From positions 7,366-71,365 of the forward strand of contig CAVBQS010000040.1 of the NCBI GenBank assembly GCA_963597615.1: a stretch of DNA of 64,000 nucleotides. The letters are read 5' to 3'. A program made the translations under genes and the position numbers. The notes below the pieces were generated by a model. That model did no database searches and had not been told where the DNA came from. It was given only the letters and a program-made list of their open reading frames with translations. The DNA is from Bacteroidaceae bacterium. Lineage in GTDB: Bacteria > Bacillota > Clostridia > Lachnospirales > Lachnospiraceae. Numbering within the stretch: the first letter of the stretch is position 1; every line of letters starts with the position of its first letter. Of this stretch, positions 49,057 to 58,496 are shown in pieces.

Positions 49057-49830
49057 ATGACCAAAAGAATAAAACTTACAGTAGCCTACGATGGAACAAA
49101 TTATTGCGGATGGCAGGTGCAGCCTAATGGCCTTACGGTGGAGGAAGTTCTAAATCGTAACTTAAGTGACCTTACAGGAGAAGAAATCCATATTATAGGA
49201 GCCAGCAGGACAGACTCTGGGGTTCATGCCCAGGGAAATGTGGCAGTCTTTGATACGGATACAAAGATTCCTCCAAAGCGTATTTCCTATGCCTTAAACC
49301 AGAGGCTTCCGGAGGATATTGTGATTGTAAAATCAGAGGAAGTGGCAGCAGATTGGCATCCCAGATACCAGAACTCTATTGTAAAAACCTATGAGTACCA
49401 CATTTGGAACAGTCCCGTAAAGCATCCCCTAAAGCAAAGGTACACCACCCACGTATCTTTCCCTTTGGATGTGGAGCAAATGAGAAAGGGAGCCTCCTAT
49501 ATAGTAGGAACCCATGATTTTGCAAGTTTTTGCAATGTCCGCACCAATACTCAGGATACAGTAAGGCGGGTGTATTCCATAGAGATTGAAGAACATAAAA
49601 ATTCAGAAACAAAAGGCCTTCCCGGAAATGAAATCATCATCCGGGTAACAGGCAATGGATTCCTATACAACATGGTACGAATCATAGCAGGAACCCTGAT
49701 CCGGGTGGGAAGAGGCTTCTACACCCCAGAGAAAATAGGAGAGATCCTAGAACGAAAAGAAAGAACCGCAGACGGAATCACAGCCCCGGCAGGCGGCTTG
49801 GTTTTGATTAATATCGCATACGAAACATAA
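49057..49830 (+). CDS. truA: tRNA pseudouridine(38-40) synthase TruA
   Basis: 257 aa with YDGTNYCGWQVQ and the catalytic SRTDSGVHA. Its position after ecfT is the conserved Firmicutes arrangement. Confidence 0.9.
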   Translation: MTKRIKLTVAYDGTNYCGWQVQPNGLTVEEVLNRNLSDLTGEEIHIIGASRTDSGVHAQGNVAVFDTDTKIPPKRISYALNQRLPEDIVIVKSEEVAADWHPRYQNSIVKTYEYHIWNSPVKHPLKQRYTTHVSFPLDVEQMRKGASYIVGTHDFASFCNVRTNTQDTVRRVYSIEIEEHKNSETKGLPGNEIIIRVTGNGFLYNMVRIIAGTLIRVGRGFYTPEKIGEILERKERTADGITAPAGGLVLINIAYET

Positions 49831-49868
49831 AAAAGGACTGACGCAGAATTAAGCGTCAGTCCTTTTTT
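49831..49868 (+). terminator. rho-independent terminator after truA
   Basis: AAAAGGACTGACGC-N8-GCGTCAGTCCTTTT plus a T-run. Confidence 0.85.
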
Positions 49869-49958
49869 ATAATAATGGAGCTTGCACCACCATCGAAAAT
49901 ATTGCTGGATTGGATAAAATAATCAAAGCGTCCCCTATTTATACAATCCATGAAGATC

Positions 49959-50495
49959 TTATGATAGCGGATGCAACTCCCCGGTCAACTGCTTAATATC
50001 CGGAATAGCAGTCAGCACTGGGTATAGAACTACTGCAAGAATCAAACCGCTGCTTCCCTGGATGATGCTGGCTGGTACATTAAGTAAAGAGGTGGCTGCT
50101 CCATACAAAAGGGATTCAAAGAGGAAATATCCTCCGGCTACAAAGACAATATCTACAAGTCCTCCAAGAATTACAGACAGATATCTGGTCTTTTTATCCT
50201 TTGCTATTTTCAGATAAATCACTCCAGTGATGAAGGCAATCAGCCCCTTGATTATAAGGGTAGGAGCCACGAAAACAAAGTATCCGCCCAAAAGATCCGC
50301 CATGGCAGAGCCAATACCTGCAGCTAAAAAGCCATAAGCTGGTCCTAAAATAATACCGGAAAGAATTACAATAGAATCTCCGGGATGGATGTAACCTCCT
50401 GTGGCAGGGGTAGGAATCCGGATGGACATAGTTGCAACGCAGGCTAGGGCGGCAAACAAGGCAGTCATTACTAGTTTCTTTAAATTCTTATTCAT
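49959..50495 (-). CDS. ECF transporter S-component-like membrane protein (substrate unknown)
   Basis: 178 aa and 5-6 TM. The IRIPTPATGGYIHPGDSIVILSGIILGPAYG block resembles substrate-capture components. I recognised no riboswitch upstream. Confidence 0.6.
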   Translation of the reverse strand: MNKNLKKLVMTALFAALACVATMSIRIPTPATGGYIHPGDSIVILSGIILGPAYGFLAAGIGSAMADLLGGYFVFVAPTLIIKGLIAFITGVIYLKIAKDKKTRYLSVILGGLVDIVFVAGGYFLFESLLYGAATSLLNVPASIIQGSSGLILAVVLYPVLTAIPDIKQLTGELHPLS

Positions 50496-50776
50496 GATAG
50501 AAAATCCTTTCTTGACAAATTTATCGGTTTACTTTTTTAACGTTATAAAACACCACTGATGTTGCAACCACTTTATTCCTAGATTGGTTATTTGAAAATA
50601 TCCAATTTTAAGAAAAAATATAAGACCAAAAATCGAATCATTAGTTGAAACTAAGGTAGAATATTCCACTGGCTTGTGTTAAAATGAGATTCGGACCCTT
50701 GGGTCCTTTGAAGAAATGAAAGAATCATCTAAGAAGATTTTAGATGCATATTATTTTAGAAAGAAGGGAATATAAA

Positions 50777-51934
50777 ATGACAAAAGTAGACATTATCTCC
50801 GGTTTCCTTGGAGCCGGAAAGACTACATTTATCAAAGAATTGGTAAGCCGCGTATATGCAGGAGAAAAGTTGGTTCTCATTGAGAATGAGTTTGGTGAGA
50901 TTGGTATTGACGGTGGATTTTTAAAGGATGCTGGAATTGAAATAACAGAAATGAATTCCGGTTGTATCTGCTGTACTTTAGTGGGGGATTTCAGTGAGGC
51001 CCTTCAGAAGGTTTTGGACCAGTATCATCCAGACCGTGTCATTATTGAGCCATCAGGGGTTGGAAAACTGTCGGATATTGTAAAGGCCATTGAGGAGGTA
51101 AAGAAGGATGCAGACATTGAAATCGATGGCCGCATCACTGTAGTAGATGGAAAGAAGACCAAGATGTATCTGAAAAACTTTGGAGAGTTCTTTGAAGATC
51201 AGGTACAGAATGCTTCTACCATCGTAGTAAGCCGTACCCAGCTTATGGACGATGCAAAATTAGAGGAGACCATTGGACTTTTAAGAGAGCAGAATGACAA
51301 GGCTGCAATTATTTCCACTCCATGGGACAGCCTTAGCACAGAGGCTATTAAGAGAGCCCTAGCCCACAGAACCGGCCAGGAAGACCTCTTTGAAGAAGAG
51401 GATCATGACCATGAGTGCGGATGTGGCCATCACCACCATCATGACCATGACCATGAACATGATCATGAGCACGACCACGACCATGAGCACGAGTGCGGAT
51501 GCGGTCATCATCACGACCATGAGCATGACCATGACCACGAGTGTGGATGTGGCCACCATCACGACCATGAGCATGACCACGAGCATCATCATGACCACGA
51601 GCATGAGCATGAACATGACCATGAATGCGGCTGCGGCCATCATCATCATCACCACGCAGATGAAGTCTTCACCAGCTGGGGCAAGGAGACTGCTCACAAG
51701 TACACAGAAGAAGAACTTGATTTCATCTTGAAGGCCTTGTCAGAGACGACTTCCTACGGAACGATTTTGCGTTCTAAGGGAATCATTCCTATGACCGATG
51801 GAAGCTGGAAGCAGTTTGACTTAGTGCCGGAAGAATATGAAGTTCGTGAAGGTCAGCCAGACTACACTGGAAGAATCTGTGTTATTGGTACTGATGTGAA
51901 GGAAGAAGAATTAGCAAAATTATTCCATGTATAA
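50777..51934 (+). CDS. COG0523/CobW-family G3E GTPase metallochaperone with His-rich insert
   Basis: P-loop GFLGAGKTT, NEFGE, the metal-binding CxCC motif GCICC and EPSGVG. An 85-aa His/Asp/Glu/Cys insert precedes the CobW_C domain (ILRSKGI...ICVIG). Start moved to ATG 50777. Confidence 0.85.
   Translation: MTKVDIISGFLGAGKTTFIKELVSRVYAGEKLVLIENEFGEIGIDGGFLKDAGIEITEMNSGCICCTLVGDFSEALQKVLDQYHPDRVIIEPSGVGKLSDIVKAIEEVKKDADIEIDGRITVVDGKKTKMYLKNFGEFFEDQVQNASTIVVSRTQLMDDAKLEETIGLLREQNDKAAIISTPWDSLSTEAIKRALAHRTGQEDLFEEEDHDHECGCGHHHHHDHDHEHDHEHDHDHEHECGCGHHHDHEHDHDHECGCGHHHDHEHDHEHHHDHEHEHEHDHECGCGHHHHHHADEVFTSWGKETAHKYTEEELDFILKALSETTSYGTILRSKGIIPMTDGSWKQFDLVPEEYEVREGQPDYTGRICVIGTDVKEEELAKLFHV
51401..51655 (+). 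repeat. His-codon-rich degenerate tandem repeat with four ECGCGHHH units
   Basis: It encodes DHDHECGCGHHHHHDHDHEHDHEHDHDHEHECGCGHHHDHEHDHDHECGCGHHHDHEHDHEHHHDHEHEHEHDHECGCGHHHHHH. The GA(G/A)TG(C/T)GG(A/C)TG(T/C)GG(C/T)CA(T/C)CA(T/C)CA(C/T) unit occurs 4 times. Confidence 0.9.
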
Positions 51935-51950
51935 GAGGAGATAAAAAACT

Positions 51951-52892
51951 ATGGCAACACCAGTATTTATTTGCACAGGTTTCCTGGACAGTGGAAAGAC
52001 AACCCTGGTGCAGGATACTCTTATGGAGCAGGAGTGGATGGAAGAGGGATTAACCCTTTTAATCAGCTGCGAGGAGGGTGAAGTAGAATATTCCCCAGAG
52101 TATCTAAAAGAAAAGGACATGGCCATTTTGCAGGTGGATGAGTTTGACCAGCTAAATGCTGCCTTCTTTAAAAACTGTGAAAAGAATTACCATCCGGTTC
52201 AGATTGTCATTGAGTATAACGGTATGTGGAGTTTAGGTGATCTCTTGTCTATTCGATTCCCAAGAAACTGGGAAATTGCAGGTATTTATTCCACCATCAA
52301 TGGTCAGACCCTGGATATGTATATGAAGAATATGAGAAATATGCTTATGGAGCCTTTGACAGAATCCTCTCTGATCATCGTAAATCGTTGTTCAGAGGAT
52401 ATGAACCGGTCTGGTTTCAGACGAGCTCTCAAGGTACAAAATCCCATGGCTCAGTTAATTTTTGAAGACCTGAATGGAAATATTATAGAGCCTACAGAAG
52501 ATGACCTTCCTTTTGACATTAAGGGAGACAAGGTTGTTATCGATGATATTGATTTCGGCGCCTGGTATGTAGACGCCTACGATCATCCAGAGCATTATCT
52601 TCACAAAGAAGTAGAATTTGTGGCCCAGGTATTTAAACCAAATGGATTAGGACCCAACTACTTTGTGCCGGTGCGAAAGATTATGACCTGCTGTGAGGCA
52701 GATACCAGATTCTATGGCTATCCTTGCCTAGTGGAGAAGAAAATCAATCTTCGCCGTCATCAGTGGGTGAAGGTAAGGGCTAGATTTGAATATGAGCAAT
52801 TGCCATCTAACCAGAAGAAGAATCCGGTGCTTCATCTGATCGACTTGGAGCCGGCAGTAAAACCGGACCCGGAAGTAGTATTTATGGGATAA
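51951..52892 (+). CDS. CobW-like P-loop domain (no CxCC) fused to a DUF1980-like C-terminal 'CCxAD' domain
   Basis: The N-terminal half is collinear with CobW (GFLDSGKTT, LISCEEGEV, IVIEYNG, LIIVNRCSED) but lacks the GCxCC metal motif and NKxD. The C-terminal VRKIMTCCEADTRFYGYPCLV...WVKVRARF resembles, from memory, the conserved core of DUF1980/YcgQ-type proteins. It starts 16 nt after the upstream gene. Confidence 0.6.
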   Translation: MATPVFICTGFLDSGKTTLVQDTLMEQEWMEEGLTLLISCEEGEVEYSPEYLKEKDMAILQVDEFDQLNAAFFKNCEKNYHPVQIVIEYNGMWSLGDLLSIRFPRNWEIAGIYSTINGQTLDMYMKNMRNMLMEPLTESSLIIVNRCSEDMNRSGFRRALKVQNPMAQLIFEDLNGNIIEPTEDDLPFDIKGDKVVIDDIDFGAWYVDAYDHPEHYLHKEVEFVAQVFKPNGLGPNYFVPVRKIMTCCEADTRFYGYPCLVEKKINLRRHQWVKVRARFEYEQLPSNQKKNPVLHLIDLEPAVKPDPEVVFMG

Positions 52893-52905
52893 AATTATTG
52901 GCAAT

Positions 52906-54612
52906 ATGAAATATAAATCGCAGTGGTACTCTTATAGCGCCGCTGCGATTTGTGGAATGAGAGAGATGCTTGGCAAGATGCCAAGTGGAAAGGAATTTGA
53001 AGATATGAGGAGATTGTCTAAAAGTGTAGGAAGGATTCTTGTAGTAATGGTCCTTCTGGGACTTGTCGGTGTGCCGGTTTTGGCAGCAGATTCAGCAGAC
53101 TATGTGCCGGATATGTATGCCAGCATCTGGTCTTTGGTGCCACCAGTGGTTGCCATTGTTTTGGCATTAATTACTAAGGAAGTATATAGTGCCCTATTTA
53201 TTGGAATTTTAATCGGAGGATTTTTCTGGTCCGGATTTCATGCAGAAAAGGCTATTTTGCATGTGTTTGAGGATGGCCTGGTAGGGGTGCTGACAGATAG
53301 CTACAATATGGGAATTTTAATTTTCCTGGTAATTCTTGGAGTCATGGTTGCCATGATGAATAAGGCGGGAGGCTCTGCAGCTTTTGGTCGTTGGGCCAAG
53401 ATTCACATTAAAACCAGAGCAGGCGCCCAGTTTGCCACCATTGCCCTGGGAGTTTTGATCTTTATTGATGATTATTTTAATTGCCTTACGGTAGGAAGCG
53501 TTATGCGCCCTATAACCGATGGCCATAAGGTGTCAAGAGCCAAGCTTTCTTACCTTATAGACGCTACGGCCGCACCGGTATGTATCATTGCCCCTATTTC
53601 TTCCTGGGCGGCAGCAGTTACAGGATTTGTAGAGGGAGAGGATGGATTTTCAATTTTCATCCGTGCCATTCCCTACAACTATTATGCCATCCTTACCATT
53701 GTTATGATGCTTACTTTAGTAATCTTGAATTTTGATTACGGCCCAATGAAAGACCACGAGAAAAATGCCCTGAAAGGGGACCTTTTTACCACAGAAGACA
53801 GACCTTATGCCAATGCCCAGACAGAGCTTCCTTCCAACAAGGGAAAGGTTATCGACCTGGTATTTCCGATATTAGCCTTAATTATTCTGTGTGTGATTGG
53901 AATGCTTTACAGCGGTGGATTCTTTTCTGGAACAGGGTTTGTGGAGGCCTTCTCTGGTAGTGATGCTTCTGTAGGATTGATGCTTGGAAGTTTCTTTGCC
54001 TTAGTAGTAACCATTATTTTCTATGCTGCAAGAAAGGTTCTTAGATTTACAGATTCCATGGCTTGTATTCCGGAGGGATTTAAGGCTATGGTGCCGGCTA
54101 TCTTAATTCTTTCTTTTGCATGGACTTTAAAATCTATGACTGACAGCTTAGGAGCAGCAGAGTATGTAGCCGGTGTTATGAGTAATGCAGCAGGAAGCCT
54201 TATGCATTTACTGCCAGCGATTATCTTTTTGGTAGGATGCTTCCTTGCCTTCGCCACAGGAACATCCTGGGGAACCTTTGGAATTTTGATTCCCATTGTA
54301 GTGGCAGTATTTCAGGGAACCAACGAGACTATGATGATTATTTCTATCTCAGCATGTATGGCAGGAGCCGTATGCGGAGACCACTGTTCCCCAATATCTG
54401 ATACCACCATTATGGCATCGGCAGGAGGCCAGTGTAACCACGTAAACCACGTATCCACCCAGCTGCCCTACGCCATTACCGTAGCTATTGTATCTGCCGT
54501 AACCTATATGATCGCCGGAGTAGTACAGAATGCAGCGATTTGTTTAATCATAGGAATCTTGTTGCAGGTCGGCGTACTTTTTGCAATTCAAAAATTTACA
54601 AGCCAGAGATAA
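52906..54612 (+). CDS. NhaC-family (Na+/H+ antiporter-type) membrane transporter
   Basis: ~540-568 aa with at least 10 TM helices and overall NhaC-like composition. The start is uncertain: ATG 52906 or ATG 53005, the latter giving MRRLSKSVGRILVV... with a signal-like helix. Confidence 0.7.
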   Translation: MKYKSQWYSYSAAAICGMREMLGKMPSGKEFEDMRRLSKSVGRILVVMVLLGLVGVPVLAADSADYVPDMYASIWSLVPPVVAIVLALITKEVYSALFIGILIGGFFWSGFHAEKAILHVFEDGLVGVLTDSYNMGILIFLVILGVMVAMMNKAGGSAAFGRWAKIHIKTRAGAQFATIALGVLIFIDDYFNCLTVGSVMRPITDGHKVSRAKLSYLIDATAAPVCIIAPISSWAAAVTGFVEGEDGFSIFIRAIPYNYYAILTIVMMLTLVILNFDYGPMKDHEKNALKGDLFTTEDRPYANAQTELPSNKGKVIDLVFPILALIILCVIGMLYSGGFFSGTGFVEAFSGSDASVGLMLGSFFALVVTIIFYAARKVLRFTDSMACIPEGFKAMVPAILILSFAWTLKSMTDSLGAAEYVAGVMSNAAGSLMHLLPAIIFLVGCFLAFATGTSWGTFGILIPIVVAVFQGTNETMMIISISACMAGAVCGDHCSPISDTTIMASAGGQCNHVNHVSTQLPYAITVAIVSAVTYMIAGVVQNAAICLIIGILLQVGVLFAIQKFTSQR

Positions 54613-54625
54613 AAAGGAGATTTAT

Positions 54626-57547
54626 ATGAATATAAAAAATATTCCAGCTTACGAACTCATTAAGGAGGAAGACCTGCGAGGTGTCCATGCTAAGGGCTAC
54701 CTCCTTCGGCATATAAAAAGCGGCGCCCGTGTGCTTCTTATGGAGAATGATGACGATAATAAGGTCTTTAATATCGGTTTTCGAACTCCGCCGGCTAACA
54801 GCACCGGTGTGCCACATATCTTAGAGCACAGTGTTCTGTGCGGGTCCAAGAACTTTCCAGCCAAAGACCCTTTTGTGGAGTTGGTTAAGGGATCTTTAAA
54901 TACGTTTTTAAATGCCATGACCTACCCGGATAAGACGGTTTACCCGGTAGCTAGCTGTAATGACAAGGATTTCCAGAATCTCATGCATGTTTATATGGAT
55001 GCAGTTTTCTATCCTAATATTTATGAACACGAGGAAATCTTTCGTCAGGAGGGATGGAGCTACAAGTTAGACTCCAAGGATGACAAGCTGATTCTAAGTG
55101 GTGTGGTTTACAATGAGATGAAGGGAGCTTTCTCTTCTCCTGAGGGGGTCTTGGACCGGGTGGTTTTAAATACCCTCTATCCTGACACTTCCTATGCCAA
55201 TGAGTCCGGCGGAGACCCGGAGGTGATTCCGGAGCTTAGCTACCAGGAATTTTTGGACTTCCACAGTAAGTATTACCATCCATCCAACAGCTATATTTAT
55301 CTCTATGGAAATATGAACATGGAAGAAAAGCTTCAGTGGATGGACCGGGAATATTTAAGCCATTTTGATAAGATTAGGGTAGATTCTGAAATTAAACTTC
55401 AGGCTCCTTTTACTGCCATGAAAGAGGTGGCTATTCCTTATTCCATTTCCAGTGAGGAAGATGAGGAAAATCAAACCTATTTATCCTACAACAAAAGTGT
55501 AGGAACAAGCTTGGACCGAGAATTATACCTGGCCTTTCAGGTTCTAGACTATGCCCTCCTTTCAGCTCCGGGAGCTCCTCTAAAGAAGGCTCTTACCGAT
55601 GCAGGCATTGGAGATGATATTTTAGGTTCCTATGACAATGGCATTTACCAGCCCATTTTTTCGGTCATCGCTAAGAATGCAAATACAGATCAGAAGGATG
55701 AATTTGTAGAAATCATTGAGAAGGTTCTTTCTGATATTGTAAAGAAGGGCGTGGACAAAAAAGCCATCCAGGCAGGTATTAACTACTTGGAATTCCGCTA
55801 TAGAGAAGCGGATTTTGGAAATTATCCAAAGGGTCTTATGTACGGCCTGCAGATTATGGATAGCTGGCTCTATGACGAGGAAAAGCCTTTTATTCATTTA
55901 GAGGCTCTAGAGACCTTTGAATTTTTGAAAAATATGGTGGGAACTTCCTACTACGAGGACCTTATTAAGAAGTATATTTTAGATAATACCCACGGTGCCA
56001 TTGTCCTTGTGGAGCCGGAAAAAGGAAGAACTGCCAGAATGGATGTAGAGTTAGACGAGAAACTCCAGGCCTACAAGGCTTCCTTAAGTGAAGCCCAGGT
56101 GGAAGACTTGGTGGCAAGAACCAAGGCCTTAGAAGACTATCAGACTGCACCGGAAGACCCGGAGGCTTTAGAGAAGATTCCGGTATTAGGTCGGGAGGAT
56201 ATTTCAAGAGAGATTGCTCCTATTCAGAACCGGGAGATTACCGTATCCGGCATTCCTGTTCTCCTTCACGAGGTGGAGACCAATGGCATCGGTTATGTGA
56301 CCTTGCTTTTTGATTTCTCAAAAGTGGGAGAAGAATTGCTTCCATATGTGGGAATTTTACAGGCGGTACTTGGAATTATTGATACAGAGCATTATGAGTA
56401 CGGAGAACTCTTTAACGAGATTAATTTAAAAACCGGTGGAATTGGAACTTCCTTGGAGCTTTACAATGATATTTTCGACGTGAAAAATAAGAGCTTTAAA
56501 ACCACCTTTGAGGTGAAGGCAAAAGCCCTATACTCCCAGCTTCCAACGGCATTTCAGATGATGGGAGAGATTTTAACCGCATCAAAGCTTCAGGATGAGA
56601 AGCGCTTGCTTGAAATTCTTATGATGTTAAAATCCAGACTTCTTATGAAATTTACCAGCGCAGGCCACAGCACTGCTGCCTTAAGGGCTATGTCCTATTC
56701 CTCGCCCTCAGCCAGGTTAAAGGACATGACAGGAGGCATTGAGTTCTACCAACTGATTAAGGAGTTGACAGACAATTTTGAAGAGAAGAAGGCAGATCTG
56801 ATCTTAAAATTAGAGAACCTTACAAAAATCTTATTCCGGGTGGATAATTTCATGATCAGCTACACCGCTCCAACAGAAGCCTCTGAAAAATTAGGGGAGT
56901 ATGTGGAGATTTTAAAACAGGTCCTTTATAAAGAAAAGCCGGAAGAAAAGCCACTGAAGCTTATTTGCCAGAAGAAAAATGAAGGCTTTAAGACTGCATC
57001 GAAGGTCCAGTATGTAGCCAGAGTGGGAAATTTCCTAGACTATGGGGCAGACTATAATGGAGCACTAAATATCCTAAAAGTTATTTTAAGCTATGATTAT
57101 CTGTGGCAAAATGTCCGGGTAAAGGGTGGAGCCTACGGCTGCATGAGTAGCTTCAGCCGCACAGGAGAATCCTACTTTGTTTCTTACAGAGATCCTAATC
57201 TAAAGCAGACAATGGAAATTTATGAAGGCGTAGTAGACTATCTAAAGAATTTTGAAGTAAGCGACAGAGATATGACCAAATATATTATTGGAACCATCAG
57301 TAATATTGACCAGCCTATGACCCCTTCCACCAAGGGAGATAGGTCCTTAAGTCTCTACATGAGCCATGTAACAGCGGACATGATTAAGACAGAAAGAGAC
57401 CAGATTTTAAATGCTAGCCAAGAAGACATCAGGGCACTGGCTAAGGTGGCTGAGGCTATGCTTAAGGCAGGCCAGGTTTGTGTCATCGGCGGGGAAGATA
57501 AAATCGAAGAAAATGCAGACATGTTCATGAATGTAACCAAGTTCTAG
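54626..57547 (+). CDS. M16C (PreP/insulinase-like) zinc metalloprotease
   Basis: 973 aa with the inverted zincin motif HILEH near the N-terminus and four-domain length. Start moved to ATG 54626 behind AAGGAG. Confidence 0.85.
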   Translation: MNIKNIPAYELIKEEDLRGVHAKGYLLRHIKSGARVLLMENDDDNKVFNIGFRTPPANSTGVPHILEHSVLCGSKNFPAKDPFVELVKGSLNTFLNAMTYPDKTVYPVASCNDKDFQNLMHVYMDAVFYPNIYEHEEIFRQEGWSYKLDSKDDKLILSGVVYNEMKGAFSSPEGVLDRVVLNTLYPDTSYANESGGDPEVIPELSYQEFLDFHSKYYHPSNSYIYLYGNMNMEEKLQWMDREYLSHFDKIRVDSEIKLQAPFTAMKEVAIPYSISSEEDEENQTYLSYNKSVGTSLDRELYLAFQVLDYALLSAPGAPLKKALTDAGIGDDILGSYDNGIYQPIFSVIAKNANTDQKDEFVEIIEKVLSDIVKKGVDKKAIQAGINYLEFRYREADFGNYPKGLMYGLQIMDSWLYDEEKPFIHLEALETFEFLKNMVGTSYYEDLIKKYILDNTHGAIVLVEPEKGRTARMDVELDEKLQAYKASLSEAQVEDLVARTKALEDYQTAPEDPEALEKIPVLGREDISREIAPIQNREITVSGIPVLLHEVETNGIGYVTLLFDFSKVGEELLPYVGILQAVLGIIDTEHYEYGELFNEINLKTGGIGTSLELYNDIFDVKNKSFKTTFEVKAKALYSQLPTAFQMMGEILTASKLQDEKRLLEILMMLKSRLLMKFTSAGHSTAALRAMSYSSPSARLKDMTGGIEFYQLIKELTDNFEEKKADLILKLENLTKILFRVDNFMISYTAPTEASEKLGEYVEILKQVLYKEKPEEKPLKLICQKKNEGFKTASKVQYVARVGNFLDYGADYNGALNILKVILSYDYLWQNVRVKGGAYGCMSSFSRTGESYFVSYRDPNLKQTMEIYEGVVDYLKNFEVSDRDMTKYIIGTISNIDQPMTPSTKGDRSLSLYMSHVTADMIKTERDQILNASQEDIRALAKVAEAMLKAGQVCVIGGEDKIEENADMFMNVTKF

Positions 57548-57560
57548 AAAAGGAGAAAGC

Positions 57561-58463
57561 ATGAGAGAGGATTTTAAATCCGGATTTGTAACCTTGGTGG
57601 GAAGACCAAATGTAGGAAAATCCACCTTAATGAATTATTTGATTGGCCAAAAGATTGCCATTACCTCCAACAAACCCCAGACCACAAGAAACCGCATCCA
57701 GACGGTTCTTACCACTGATGAGGGGCAGATTGTATTTGTGGACACACCGGGAATCCACAAGGCAAAAAATAAGCTGGGCCAGTACATGGTAAATGTGGCA
57801 GAGCGGACCCTTAACGAGGTGGATGTGGTGCTGTGGCTGGTAGAGCCTACCACCTTCATCGGAGCAGGAGAGCAGCATATCGCAAAACAGCTTGAAAGGG
57901 TGAAGACCCCGGTGATCTTAGTCATAAATAAGACAGACAGTGTTCCTACTGAAAAAGTATTAGAGGCCATTAATGCCTATAAGGACATTTATGACTTTGC
58001 AGAGATTGTCCCTGTATCAGCCAGAAGTGGAGCAAATACAGAGGAGCTTCTAAAAACCGTAATGAAATATTTGCCTAATGGACCCCAATTTTATGATGAG
58101 GATACCATTACCGACCAGCCGGAGCGGCAGATTGTGGCAGAGATTATTAGAGAGAAGGCCCTTCACAGCCTGAATGAGGAAATCCCCCACGGCATTGCAG
58201 TGGCCATTGATCAGATGAAGAAAAAGGGAAAAGTTACCCATATCGATGCCACCATTATCTGCGAGAGGGACAGCCACAAGGGGATCATTATTGGAAAGCA
58301 GGGCAGCATGCTTAAAAAAATCGGCAGCACTGCCAGGTATGAAATAGAGAAAATGCTGGGAAACCAGGTTAACCTAAAGCTTTGGGTAAAGGTGAAAAAA
58401 GATTGGCGAGACAGCGAATATCTTATGAAGAACTTTGGATACCGGGATGATACGGAATTTTAA
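57561..58463 (+). CDS. era: GTPase Era
   Basis: 300 aa with G1 GRPNVGKST, G3 DTPG and G4 NKTD, plus a C-terminal KH domain. Confidence 0.93.
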   Translation: MREDFKSGFVTLVGRPNVGKSTLMNYLIGQKIAITSNKPQTTRNRIQTVLTTDEGQIVFVDTPGIHKAKNKLGQYMVNVAERTLNEVDVVLWLVEPTTFIGAGEQHIAKQLERVKTPVILVINKTDSVPTEKVLEAINAYKDIYDFAEIVPVSARSGANTEELLKTVMKYLPNGPQFYDEDTITDQPERQIVAEIIREKALHSLNEEIPHGIAVAIDQMKKKGKVTHIDATIICERDSHKGIIIGKQGSMLKKIGSTARYEIEKMLGNQVNLKLWVKVKKDWRDSEYLMKNFGYRDDTEF

Positions 58464-58496
58464 GAAAACCCTAATGTCTGGGATAGGGAATGACAG

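Noticed and set aside
50626-50650. Possible Zur-type box AAATCGAATCATTAGTTGAAA upstream of the CobW operon
   Set aside because: The left half resembles AAATCGTAAT. One base is missing and the right half is poor (about 10/16 self-complementary), so it is too weak to call. It deserves a proper position-weight-matrix scan.
51359-51731. Track ORFs 51359-51697 (minus, 112 aa) and 51390-51731 (plus, 113 aa) overlapping the CobW gene
   Set aside because: Both are low-complexity read-throughs (M/V/L-rich and T/M/I-rich) generated by the CAT/CAC/GAC repeat in other frames. The CobW frame has domain continuity on both sides.
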